Assembly: GCF_001194135.2 (NCBI RefSeq)
Contig: NC_068984.1
Coordinates: 23,087,728-23,151,727, forward strand
Source of the DNA: Octopus bimaculoides
Taxonomy: Eukaryota
Length of the DNA stretch: 64,000 nt
Direction of reading: 5' to 3'
Made by a program: the position numbers and the translations under genes
Shown: positions 26,034 to 36,820 of the stretch, one piece after another
How the letters are laid out: each line of letters begins with the position of its first letter
Numbering within the stretch: the stretch's first letter is position 1
The notes under the pieces: model-generated
The model's database searches: none
Told to the model about the DNA's origin: nothing
The model's input: only the letters and a program-made list of their open reading frames with translations

Positions 26034-26126
26034 CTTCATCGGTTGTCGGCTGTCAATCTACTCCCCATTTCAAGGTTGTTGATTGCTCAAAATGGGGAGT
26101 AGATAGGCAGCCGACGACCGATGAAG
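26034..26126. repeat. 37-bp inverted repeat with 19-nt loop
   Basis: cttcatcggttgtcggctgtcaatctactccccattt / aaatggggagtagataggcagccgacgaccgatgaag; 3 mismatches. Confidence 0.9.
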
Positions 26127-26213
26127 AGTCATTCTTAGTATTCTTATTATTATTTCTTATTATTCATATTATTATTATTCATATATATTATTTATATTAT
26201 ACATATATATATA

Positions 26214-26248
<35 letters not shown>

Positions 26249-26253
<5 letters not shown>

Positions 26254-26269
26254 TATATCATTTATATTG

Positions 26270-26307
<38 letters not shown>

Positions 26308-26405
26308 GTAGCCCAAACGTGCTTTACTCAACACACTAATTGACATATACCCAGTAGTCAAAAAAATTACATATATATATATCACAATAATTTCATTATT
26401 ATACA

Positions 26406-26443
<38 letters not shown>

Positions 26444-26459
26444 TATATCATTTATATTG

Positions 26460-26493
<34 letters not shown>

Positions 26494-26591
26494 GTAGCCC
26501 AAACGTGCTTTACTCAACACACTAATTGACATATACCCAGTAGTCAAAAAAATTACATATATATATATCACAATAATTTCATTATTATACA

Positions 26592-26596
<5 letters not shown>
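26249..26596 (+). repeat. Identical tandem duplication (~160-190 bp) bounded by (TA)n
   Basis: 26249-26410 repeated at 26439-26596; only the TA run lengths differ. Confidence 0.9.
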
Positions 26597-26629
<33 letters not shown>

Positions 26630-27633
26630 CTCACATACATGAAGACTACTGGAATGCACATACACATATATATGCAACACACATTTATGACATGCTCTCA
26701 CACACACATACATATAATTCTCTATTATATAACATGTGTAACAGTATTGTTACATTATTGTATGATTGTCACAAATTATATTAGCCTTTGAACATTGATT
26801 AACCAGTTTCAACAAAGAGAATCAACCATGAAGTTGAAGAGAAACTTCTAGTAACCAAAAAGCTAAGTAATATACCGAATCATATTTCCTAAAGAATAAT
26901 ACATCAAAATTGTTTCATGTTGCTTGTTCTAAGCAAGCATAAGGTTTATCAATAATTGTAAATGTTCCAAAGGATTTTGTTGTTTTTTTTTTTTTTTTCT
27001 GTGCACATATTCTTGACATCTCTGTGAACTAAGATATATACATTATAAAGTAATTTTTCAGTTAAGAAATCCAACAAAATATCAGTAGTATATCCAAACA
27101 CATGAAATGTGACTTGGTAATTCAATGCTTCATTTTTCTGGCTAGTTTGTATTATATAAAAGTTATAACAATAAAGAATGTATGGACGTTATCAATTATA
27201 TCAACTAATAGTAGGTTTCAGCTGTTTTTTCTTCTCTCACAAAAAGACTTCTCATTTTGGTCATATCTTTTTTTCTTCTTTTCTTGGATTGTGTATTAGA
27301 TTTGAATTTATCAAAAAATATGCACTAAACAGCAGTGCCATATTGATTGTTGCTCAAACATGTAAACATCTGAAATGGGAGAAAGGAAAATATTTTAGAT
27401 TTTTAGCGATTTTAAAAGGAGAAAAAATATTTTGGTTGTTTAACTATCTTAAAATACAGAAGAAAAACAAATGTTAAAATGCAAGTAAAATTTTTAAATC
27501 AGTTAGAAGTAGAAATAAAATAAGATTCCATGATAGGTTTGTATTTAGCTAGATTAAAATGAAGATAGTATTAAGGTGGAGATTCAAAGTTATTTTTATA
27601 CATAATTCAAATATTTTGTTTTAAAATTTTCAG

Positions 27634-27751
27634 ATTATGTGGAAAAAATATGTTAAACAACATACAGCAATTGTCACTTTGGTATTATGGTATCGATCAA
27701 TATTTTAGTTACTTGGTTATTTTGGGAAAATATTCAAGTGTGATGAATAGA
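27634..27751 (+). other. Exon-like cassette (LCGKNMLNNIQQLSLWYYGIDQYFSYLVILGKYSSVMNR); paralog at 31427-31533
   Basis: ttttcag| acceptor, AGA|gtatgt donor, 118 nt open in one frame; no recognisable family. Confidence 0.35.
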
Positions 27752-27820
27752 GTATGTTGTAACTAGCATGAGGGGTTTTGAAAAAAAAATTGTGAATGTG
27801 CATGAGAAAGGAGGAGGTAC

Positions 27821-28237
27821 AGCACTGGATTAACCATTTAGCAAAATATGCAAGTGCTTAGGGCATCAAAGTAAGCAGGGCACCACAGAAAAGGTTAATG
27901 GTTTAAGGAACAAAAGAAATCACTTTAAACTTGCTAAAGTAATATTCAAAGTGGTTTAAATGATTGGAAATATAATTTCAAAGTGTTTACGGTATCATAG
28001 TGAGGATCTGATCAAAGACTTTGCGAAAAGAAAAACGCAGGAGAAAACTTCTCAAATATAAATAAAGTGCAAATATAGAAAAATAAACATTTGTTTCCCA
28101 TCTTACTGTTAGTTTTGGTTCATTTTGAAAATTAAAATTTATTTTATGGTTTAGTATTGTTTACATTTTGAATTACATATATGGGGGCACCAAAATCCTT
28201 TAAGTGTTTCGGGCCTCTATGGGCCTTAATCCAGCCC
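27821..28237. mobile_element. Probable non-autonomous DNA transposon
   Basis: Imperfect termini cagcactggattaa / ttaatccagcccc with GC-rich gggcacc/gggcc subterminal motifs. Confidence 0.4.
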
Positions 28238-28494
28238 CAAAGGAACTGACATGGGGGAGTTGTGCTGTTCTGAGTATTAGAAAGTATTGGCAATGCAAAT
28301 TAAAGGAAATAACTAAAAATACCATGTTGCAAACAGTTTTCTAAGCGCCGTCTTGTACTATGGTATTGGCTAAGTTCTTACATATAAAGCCAACATATAT
28401 TAATTTTAGCCAAGTTAATCAATACACCTATACATATCCATGTATACATACATATAAGTATTTATATGTATAAATTAATTTTGTTTCTTTGTTG

Positions 28495-28690
28495 TCAGTC
28501 TGCTTTTACATGCTGGTATGGATCAGATGAAAACTTATCAAGGTAGTATTTCCCAGCCAGACACCCTTCCTATCATTAACTCCTACCTGTTTTACATGGA
28601 AGAAACTTTTTATTTGACTGATTTGCACAATTGCTAAGTTACAGGATGTATACAGAAAACATGAGCATGGTATCACTGTTTTGTTCAAAC
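28495..28690 (-). mobile_element. SINE RTE-like tail 2 fragment
   Basis: tgcttttacatgctggtatggatcagatg...acacccttcctatc... Confidence 0.55.
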
Positions 28691-28878
28691 AGAATTACAT
28701 ATGAGATGTAAACTCATACATACACACACATAAAACACAAGCACATGTATGCATACACACACACACGTATACATACATACATAGGTTCTACAGTTCTATA
28801 TTTAAGAGATGAGGAATTATTTACATTATTTACATTATTTACATTTGACGGATATTCGTCCTCATCTTGTTTGTTGTT

Positions 28879-28924
28879 AACACAACGTTTCGGCTGATAT
28901 ACCCTCCAGCCTTCGTCAGGTGTC
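28879..28924 (-). ncRNA. Minimal hammerhead ribozyme motif
   Basis: GACAC-CTGACGA-A-GGCTG gagggtatat CAGCC-GAAA-C-GTT-GTGTT: helix I, core, helix II and GUU triplet; helix III reduced to the palindrome AACGTT. Confidence 0.7.
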
Positions 28925-29016
28925 TTGGTTAATAATAGTAATAATAATAATAATAATATAATAATAATAATAGTAACATCGATAGGAATGAGAACCCAGG
29001 TTCGAAATTTCCCCAA

Positions 29017-29062
29017 GACACCTGACGAAGGCTGGAGGGTATATCAGCTGAAACGTTGTGTT
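29017..29062 (+). ncRNA. Minimal hammerhead ribozyme motif (inverted partner)
   Basis: GACAC-CTGACGA-A-GGCTG gagggtatat CAGCT-GAAAC-GTT-GTGTT. Confidence 0.7.
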
Positions 29063-29671
29063 AACAACAAACAAGATGAGGATGAATATCCGTCAAATGT
29101 AAATAATGTAAATAATATACATAGGTTCTGTTTACCAGTTTTACTTACACAGCATTGATCAACCCAAGGCTAAGTAAAAGACACTCATCCAAAGTGTCAA
29201 AGTGGGTTATAACTCCAAACAACATAGGAATTGAATGCAGTGACTACACAGCCAGACTTACACACACACACACATCTCATCATCATCATAATTTTTACTT
29301 CTAATCTTCCATGATTGCATAGATCAGAGAGGTTTTCTTTAACACAATGTCTTGTCTTTTGTTATAATCTTTTGTTATTTCTTTTATGAGTTTCAGCCCC
29401 TTCTCATGTATTCCTGTTTTTTTTTTTTTGGGGGGGGGGGGGTTGCTGCAAGTACTTTTAAAATAGATCCCTTGGCACTTCTTTACTCAAATGTTATCTC
29501 CGATATGCATCACATACCAACATAGTCTGCTCTCTTGCATGGGAAACATAATGCCTGTTGTACCTAGTTTTTCTCTAAACCCATTCATGCTTTGTTGTTT
29601 AAAGATGCTAATACCACACATCCATTGGGGCATGTTGGCTTTTTCTTTTCCAGCCTTTGCTTATCCTTCTA

Positions 29672-30982
29672 TCAGGCTGAGTAAAAAGTAAGCAACGTTT
29701 TGAAAAATGAAATTCATCACAATATATTATAACGATGCGGAAATTTTATTCAGCAAAGTAAGTAACATTACAATCAACACATTTTTGCCAATGAGTTACA
29801 AGTTTGCTTATTCTGGTAACATAAAAATCTGGAGTTCTGGAGCTGATGAACTCTTTGAATGCACTTTCAACATCGCTTTGATTTTTGAACTTCTTCTCTC
29901 ACAGGAAACCATCAAGGTGCTTGAAAAAGTGGTAGTCGGTAGGAGAAAGGTGTGGGGAATAAGCTGGGTGAGGAAGAACTTTGTAGCCAAGTTCCCTCAA
30001 CTTCTAGAGCGTCATTAGTGAAACATGTTTCATGAAGAATGATTGGCCCTCTTCTGTTGACTAGTCTGAGATGAAGGAGTAGCAGTTTTTCATTCATTTT
30101 GGCAATTTCATGGCAATATGTTTTTGCAGTAATGGTTTTACTGGATTTTATAAAGTTATAGTAGATGAATCCAGCAGTACACCACCAAACAGTCACCATA
30201 ACCTTCTTTTTGAAGAGCTTGGGTTTAGGGAAGGTCTTCGGTGCTTCATTTTGGTCCAACCACTGCAAAGAACATTTTTTATTATTGTACAGAATCTACT
30301 TTCCATTGCAAGTTACAATACAGTCAAGAAATGGATCGGTCTAGTTATGGAGAAGAAGCAATGAGCAAACTTCATACAGTTGAGAAACAGATCAGTCTGG
30401 TTATGGAGAAGAAGTGACAAGCAAATTTCATATCTGTGCATTTTCTGATTTTCATTCAAATCACGTGGAACCCATTTATCAAGCTTTTTTGATTTTCCAA
30501 TCAAATGCAAATGGTTTCAGGCAGTTTTCTGGCTAACTTGAAGTTCTCGAGTGCTATTATGTGGATCTTTCTCAATGACGATCTTTAATTGACTGTCATC
30601 GATGACAGATGGGCATCCACTATGCTCACAACCTTCAAGATTCAGGACTCCACTGCAAAACCATTTAAACCATTTTTGAACTGACCACGGTCATTTCCTC
30701 ACCAAAAGTTTTGTTGATATTGCAAGCAGTTTCAGCTGCTTTATGTCCTTTTTTGAAGTTGAACAGCAAAATTGCTCAAAAATCATGCTTTGACAGTTCT
30801 ATTTCAGATGATTATAACAACGGTAAAAAAATATCAACGTTAGTTTATTGATGCATTTGGGAAGTCCATGTTTGTATTATCAGACAATTGCAAAAAAAAA
30901 TATTTTTAAAAATTCCAAACTGCAAAAATCCGATACAAATACTTCATGGTTCAAAATGTTGCTTACTTTTTACTCAACCTGA
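29672..30982 (-). mobile_element. Full-length inactive mariner element (1311 bp)
   Basis: TA-flanked ~33-bp TIRs (tcaggctgagtaaaaagtaagcaacgttttgaa, 2 mismatches). Transposase relics KKLDKWVPRDL, WLDQNEAPKTFPKPKL..KKVMVTVWW; frameshifts and stops. Confidence 0.92.
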
Positions 30983-31426
30983 TACATTCAGTAACCATGT
31001 TTTGCTACTATAAGACATCCTACTTCATAGACAGGTATTATACATTCTATCCTCCATGTTGAGAGTTAATCAGTCCCTTTGAATACAAATGGATTGAATT
31101 TTCTCCACTCTGTTCATACTTTAGCTACCATACTTTCAAGACTCCTGCCACTACAGTTAATGAAGACTAAGGCAACAGAAGCTAAAAACTGCTTCTAAGA
31201 AGCAATTTGAGCATTTGAAAATTTATTGCGTTTTATGTATATGAAGTCTTCTCTGTTAACCAGTCTATTATTCCACTACATCTCTTGTGCACTTTTAGAT
31301 TACATTCAATATATACAACAGAATTCCTACTTCCTTTTTTTCTGCATATTGATCAGAGCCACTTCTCTGATAGCAGATCAAAGTTAATTTTATACATAAT
31401 TGAGATAAATTTTTAAACATTTTCAG

Positions 31427-31533
31427 AGAATATATGGAACAATATACAATAATTGTCAGCTCAGTGTTATGGCATCAATCAATATTTTAGTTGCTTGGTT
31501 ATTTTGGGGAAGTATGCAAGTGTGATGAATAGA
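31427..31533 (+). pseudogene. Paralogous exon-like cassette with in-frame stop (NIWNNIQ*LSAQCYGINQYFSCLVILGKYASVMNR)
   Basis: Aligns with 27634-27751, including splice-like borders and the downstream flank. Confidence 0.35.
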
Positions 31534-31818
31534 GTATATTGTAACTAGCATGAGTGGTTTTGAAGAGGAAAAAAGTGAATGTGTGTGAAAAGAGAGGAAG
31601 TAGGAAGTTAAAGAGAAGAACTGAAGCTACTGTTTTTAAACTCAGTTTCCCAAGTGCTATCTTGCACTGCAGCATTGACTAAGTTATGACACATAAAGAA
31701 AATGTATGTTATTTTTAGCCATTTAAGTCACTACATGTACACATATATATGTATACAGACATATAAATATGTATATGTACAACATGTGTGTAAATATATA
31801 TATATATATACATGTATA

Positions 31819-31849
<31 letters not shown>

Positions 31850-32734
31850 NNNNNNNNNNNNNNNNNNNNNNNNNNNNNNNNNNNNNNNNNNNNNNNNNNN
31901 NNNNNNNNNNNNNNNNNNNNNNNNNNNNNNNNNNNNNNNNNNNNNNNNNNNNNNNNNNNNNNNNNNNNNNNNNNNNNNNNNNNNNNNNNNNNNNNNNNNN
32001 NNNNNNNNNNNNNNNNNNNNNNNNNNNNNNNNNNNNNNNNNNNNNNNNNNNNNNNNNNNNNNNNNNNNNNNNNNNNNNNNNNNNNNNNNNNNNNNNNNNN
32101 NNNNNNNNNNNNNNNNNNNNNNNNNNNNNNNNNNNNNNNNNNNNNNNNNNNNNNNNNNNNNNNNNNNNNNNNNNNNNNNNNNNNNNNNNNNNNNNNNNNN
32201 NNNNNNNNNNNNNNNNNNNNNNNNNNNNNNNNNNNNNNNNNNNNNNNNNNNNNNNNNNNNNNNNNNNNNNNNNNNNNNNNNNNNNNNNNNNNNNNNNNNN
32301 NNNNNNNNNNNNNNNNNNNNNNNNNNNNNNNNNNNNNNNNNNNNNNNNNNNNNNNNNNNNNNNNNNNNNNNNNNNNNNNNNNNNNNNNNNNNNNNNNNNN
32401 NNNNNNNNNNNNNNNNNNNNNNNNNNNNNNNNNNNNNNNNNNNNNNNNNNNNNNNNNNNNNNNNNNNNNNNNNNNNNNNNNNNNNNNNNNNNNNNNNNNN
32501 NNNNNNNNNNNNNNNNNNNNNNNNNNNNNNNNNNNNNNNNNNNNNNNNNNNNNNNNNNNNNNNNNNNNNNNNNNNNNNNNNNNNNNNNNNNNNNNNNNNN
32601 NNNNNNNNNNNNNNNNNNNNNNNNNNNNNNNNNNNNNNNTGTGTGTGTGTGTGTACATATATTGATTTATGTGGGATAAACAGAAATTATATATACTTGA
32701 ACTGCCATTTACTACCCCCAGTCATCTGTCATAT

Positions 32735-32897
32735 ATATACAATAAGTTTCTTTCAGTTTTCCTCTCAAATATCCACTCACAGAGCTTTAGTTGGCCTGAG
32801 GCTATAGTAGAAAACACTTGCCCGAGGTGCCATGCAGTGAGACTAAACCCAGAACCATGTGATTGTGAAGCAAGCTTCTAATCACAATGCCATGCCT
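32735..32897 (-). mobile_element. SINE head B
   Basis: tttctttcagttttc...atccactcacagagcttt...aacacttgcccgaggtgcc...cttctaatcacaatgccatgcc. Confidence 0.7.
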
Positions 32898-33326
32898 GTT
32901 CCTGTGGAAATCACACAACAAAATAATTAAGATTCCATGGGTACACATTCCTTACATACATAAACACAGACATTCAGCAATCCCACTCAAAATATGGTTA
33001 AATGATTTCATAGTTAGCATTATTATGCATGTTATCTGCAGTATGGAATATCCAGCTGTTGCTATTAACATACATATTACCACTTCTTTCTAATAAAAGC
33101 AAAGAAAAATGTAGGCATAATTACTATTTTCTCCAGATATCAATATTTGAAAATTAATAATGATGATTATTTCTTTATTAATTCACTACTGCCTTTCATG
33201 CATACAATAAAAACCTACATGTAGGGATTACAAAATGCATGGGAATGGACAGAATGAAGTTATACAAAAAACAAGAGGAGATACAAAGACATTATACAAT
33301 ATTTATACACATGGGCATATTTATAC

Positions 33327-33560
33327 ATCATCATCATCATCATCATTTAATGTCTTTTTTCCATGCTGATATGGGTTGACAGTTTAACAGGTGCTGGCAA
33401 GTGAGAGGACTGCACCAAACTCCAATGTCAACTCTGGCATGGTTTCTATGGTTGGACGCCTCTTCCTCATGCCAACAACTTTACAGTGATTGCTGAGTGC
33501 TTTTCATCTGGCACCAGCACTTGTGAGGTCACCAAGCAACTAACAAGTCAAGGCCCTCCT
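33327..33560 (-). mobile_element. RTE tail fragment
   Basis: (CAT)n + tttaatgtcttttttccatgctgatatgggttgac...gccaacaactttacagtg. Confidence 0.65.
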
Positions 33561-33699
33561 CAACTGGACACTGATCTCAGTGTCATGTTACTCAATCACA
33601 TGACCATTCATCTTATATTGTCTCATAAAAGCAAGGCTTCTTCATATATTTACATGCTTTTTGCTTATGCTCAACAATTTTTTTCTGTAGATATTATCT

Positions 33700-34240
33700 T
33701 TCACTTTCTTTCCATGATGGTTTGTCATTCCTTTTTAGCCGCCATCTCTTCCCCATCATCACAAGTCATCTGCTGTTCGTGGTGGCCAGCAAAGAGGATT
33801 TCTAGTTATCCTGAAGACAAGGTAAGCTTTTTTACCATTCTTGAGATGCAACTGGTGGTGTAGGTGGAGATACTGTTGAAACAGCTTCCTTCACAACCTG
33901 CTGTTATTGCTGTTGCCAGTTCTTCTACTGCTGTTCTTTCTTTCTCTTTTGTTTTTCCAGTTCCTCAGATAAAAAGTCCTCAGGTGGCTGTTACTGCCAC
34001 AAATGTAGCATCTAAGCTTTCTACTCCCAACTGCTTATCTCATTGTTTTAATTTCCATGCCCAAAACAGGGCACATCTCTGAAATTACCATGTGGTTTTC
34101 AAAGGTTGTTAAGAGTTGTATGTCCCTAATGGCCCTACCTGACTCCATATCAGTTACCTCTGCAACTACCTCCTGTTCACATTGCACTAGTGAGAAGCAG
34201 GGAGTAAATATCACTGCAATAATTTTGACTGTGACTCTTG
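33700..34240 (-). mobile_element. Possible decayed gag/ORF1-like fragment with zinc knuckle
   Basis: Minus frame RCYICGSNSHLRTF at ~33975-34015 resembles CX2CX4HX4C but the last Cys is absent. Confidence 0.3.
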
Positions 34241-34259
34241 TATTCTGCTAATTAACCTA

Positions 34260-35335
34260 GCCTATGGACAGATGTGTGACATATCAATCCAAACTGTCAC
34301 CTAGGCAAATACTCCCATATATTTTGTCACATCAGACAGAGCTGCCTTTAATTGTTCTTTTGAGGCACAGTGAATGTTCCTTTTGCTTTTCAAGAAACAA
34401 AGGTATATCACTTTTAAGATTATTCTTTGATAAACTCCACCACTGAGTGAAGTGATCAGTGACAATGGTGAGATCCTTTAGGAGTACAAAATGAGGACTA
34501 ATGAAGAAAAGATCTTCAACAGAAAAGAGAAAGTTCTTCATGGAGAGTTTTTTCAGCAAACATCAGATGAAGCTGAAGAATCCTGGAAATGATAAAGACA
34601 TGGGTTTTTTTTTTTAAAGAGGGAGACAAAAGGACTGATTTTTGTTGCTCAAGAAGAAGCTTTAAGAACCAGCTCATTTAAGTGTACTATTGATAAGACA
34701 GCAGTATCAGTTTTGTGTAGATTATGTGAAAAATCATCTGAGACAGTGAGACATATAATTAGTGGATGCTCAAAACTGACTCAAAAGTGGTACAAAAATG
34801 CAATGACAAAGTGGCAGTGTGAATACACTTGGAGTTGTGCAGGAAGCATGGACTAGAATGTTCCAACAAATGGTATGAGGACCAACCTTTGCTAGTAGCA
34901 GAGAATGATCAAGTGAAACTCAGATAGGATATGTCAATCAACACAAATAAGAAGCTGCAATATAACTGGCCAGATATCATTCTCCTATGGAAGGAGTTCA
35001 AGTAATGGACCTTCATTGACATAGCTATAGCTGCAGACCAAAATATAGTGAAGAAGGAGGACAAGAAAGTCAGCAAGTACCAAGACTAAGCATTGGAAGT
35101 GAAGTGCATCCATACATCCTCAAAAGTGAATGTGATATCTATTGTGATTAGTGCAGTTGGGGTCATCTCAAAGAAAGCAATATTCTGACATCAAAAGCTG
35201 CAAATATCAAACTTCATAGGAAGTACAGAGTAGACAGCAATACTTGGAATAGCACATGTTGAGAAAAGTAATGCATCTCTAAGCTGCAGAATGGAGCTGA
35301 GATGTGACATAAATAACTCAGAAGATAGGATAAAA
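34260..35335 (+). mobile_element. R4/Dong-clade (RLE) non-LTR retrotransposon 3' relic, copy 1
   Basis: KVLHGEFF..SW..LKRETKGLIFVAQEEALRT..LCRLCEKSSETVRHIISGCSKL..KWYEDQP..ENDQVK..WPDII..FIDIAI..KKVSKYQD: CCHC plus PD..D RLE motifs; ends in (AAT)n. Confidence 0.8.
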
Positions 35336-35349
35336 TAATAATAATAAGT

Positions 35350-35860
35350 ATTAACCATCTCTTGAATGAATGCAGTAAGCTAACACAAAAAGAGTATAGT
35401 CACAGGCATGACTGTGTATGTAAAAGAGTGCATTGAGGTGTTAACTGAGCATGTGACTTCAAAATAATAGAAAAGTGGTATGAATACAAACCAGAGGCTG
35501 TGACAGAGAATAAGAATGACAGGATTTTATATGAATTCCCAGTAAAGGCTGATTATACAACTGAATCAAGAAAATTAGATATGATTATAGAAGTCAAAAG
35601 AAACTGTAAGATCATAGACTTTGCAATATGAGATGAAGAGATTGTGGAAGACTAAGATAACTAATATTTTTGTGGTAATTGGTGCATTTTGCACAGGATT
35701 CAAACTGCTAAGAGACTCAAAGAGATTAGTATTGAGACTTTCATTGTTGGCCTGGAGAAAAGTGTAACCTTGTATTCTGCAAAAGTCTTTAAGAACAATT
35801 CTTGAGATTTGAGGAAAACTTGTTACCAAACCTCAAGACAACATCCCAGCAAACTAATTT
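35350..35860 (+). mobile_element. R4/Dong-clade RLE relic, copy 2 (different subfamily)
   Basis: INHLLNECSKLTQKEYSHRHDCVCKRVH..KWYEYKPEAVTEN..RILYEF..RKLDMII..CKIIDFAI. Confidence 0.7.
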
Positions 35861-35894
35861 AGCCTGTAACAGTTATAATAAAAAATATATATAT

Positions 35895-36186
35895 TTTATA
35901 ACACTGGTACAAAGCCTCAAGTTTTTAGGAGAGGGGTTGATTATACAAGTTTTAATATTTGACTGGTATTCTGTTTTATCAAGCCTGGAAGAGGGAACGT
36001 TAAGTTGGCCCTAGGGAGATTTGAACTCAGAATGTAGAGAGCTGTAACTAAGTACTGCAACAATTTTGCCAATCCAATGCAATAACAATGTTATAACAAA
36101 GACACAAGCTCTGAAGTTTCAGAGCAGGAAGCAGTCAACATTTGTTTAATGTTCTAATGTTTCTTCTACCAATCCAATGCCCTTCT

Positions 36187-36247
<61 letters not shown>

Positions 36248-36820
36248 GTTTCAAATTTTGGCACAAAGCCAGGCCAGCAGTTTTAGGAAGGGAGTAAGTC
36301 GATTACATCAACTGGTACTTATTTTATCAACCTCAAAAGGGATGAAAAGCAAAGTCGCCCTCAGCGGCATTTGAGCTCAGACTGTAAGGACAGATGAAAT
36401 GCCACTAAGGATTTTGCCCAGTGTGCTAACCATTCTGCCAGTGCACCAATGGTTTCTAATTTAAGCACAAAACTAGGAGGGGGTTCGCAGATATTGTTGA
36501 TTTCAGGACTTGATTGATACTTGATCCTAGAGGGATAAAAGACAAAGGTGACTTTGGTGGAATTTAAATTTAGATCAATAAAAAGCAGAAAGAAAACCAG
36601 ACTACATTTTTTTACAATGTTTGAACAATTCTGCCAATATTTGTAACAGACTTTGCTTCAGATTTACAGGAAAGGATATAGTCAATTTAATTGACTCAAT
36701 ATATGACCAGTAGTTATTTTATCTAACATGGCACCAAGAGGATCTGAACTTGGAATGTAAAGAGATAAATAAGTACCACAAGATATTTCATTTGACATTT
36801 TACCAATTCTGCTACTTCCC
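35895..36820 (-). mobile_element. Cluster of four co-oriented family A SINE copies of varying divergence, with (AAT)n at ~36190-36246
   Basis: Repeated ...tact(t)attttatc...gatgaaa..caaag...atttgaactcaga...ttctgcca blocks at ~35895, 36245, 36460 and 36660. Confidence 0.65.

Larger units (their letters stand above)
28790..29116. mobile_element. Non-autonomous PLE-type element with ~100-bp inverted arms, each carrying a hammerhead motif; 13-bp TSD
   Basis: Arms 28825-28928 and 29013-29116 (2 mismatches); TSD atacataggttct at 28777-28789 and 29117-29129. Confidence 0.8.

Noticed and set aside
26034-26126. Hammerhead ribozyme in the hairpin arms
   Set aside because: CCGATGAAG is not followed by a helix II and GAAA on either side.
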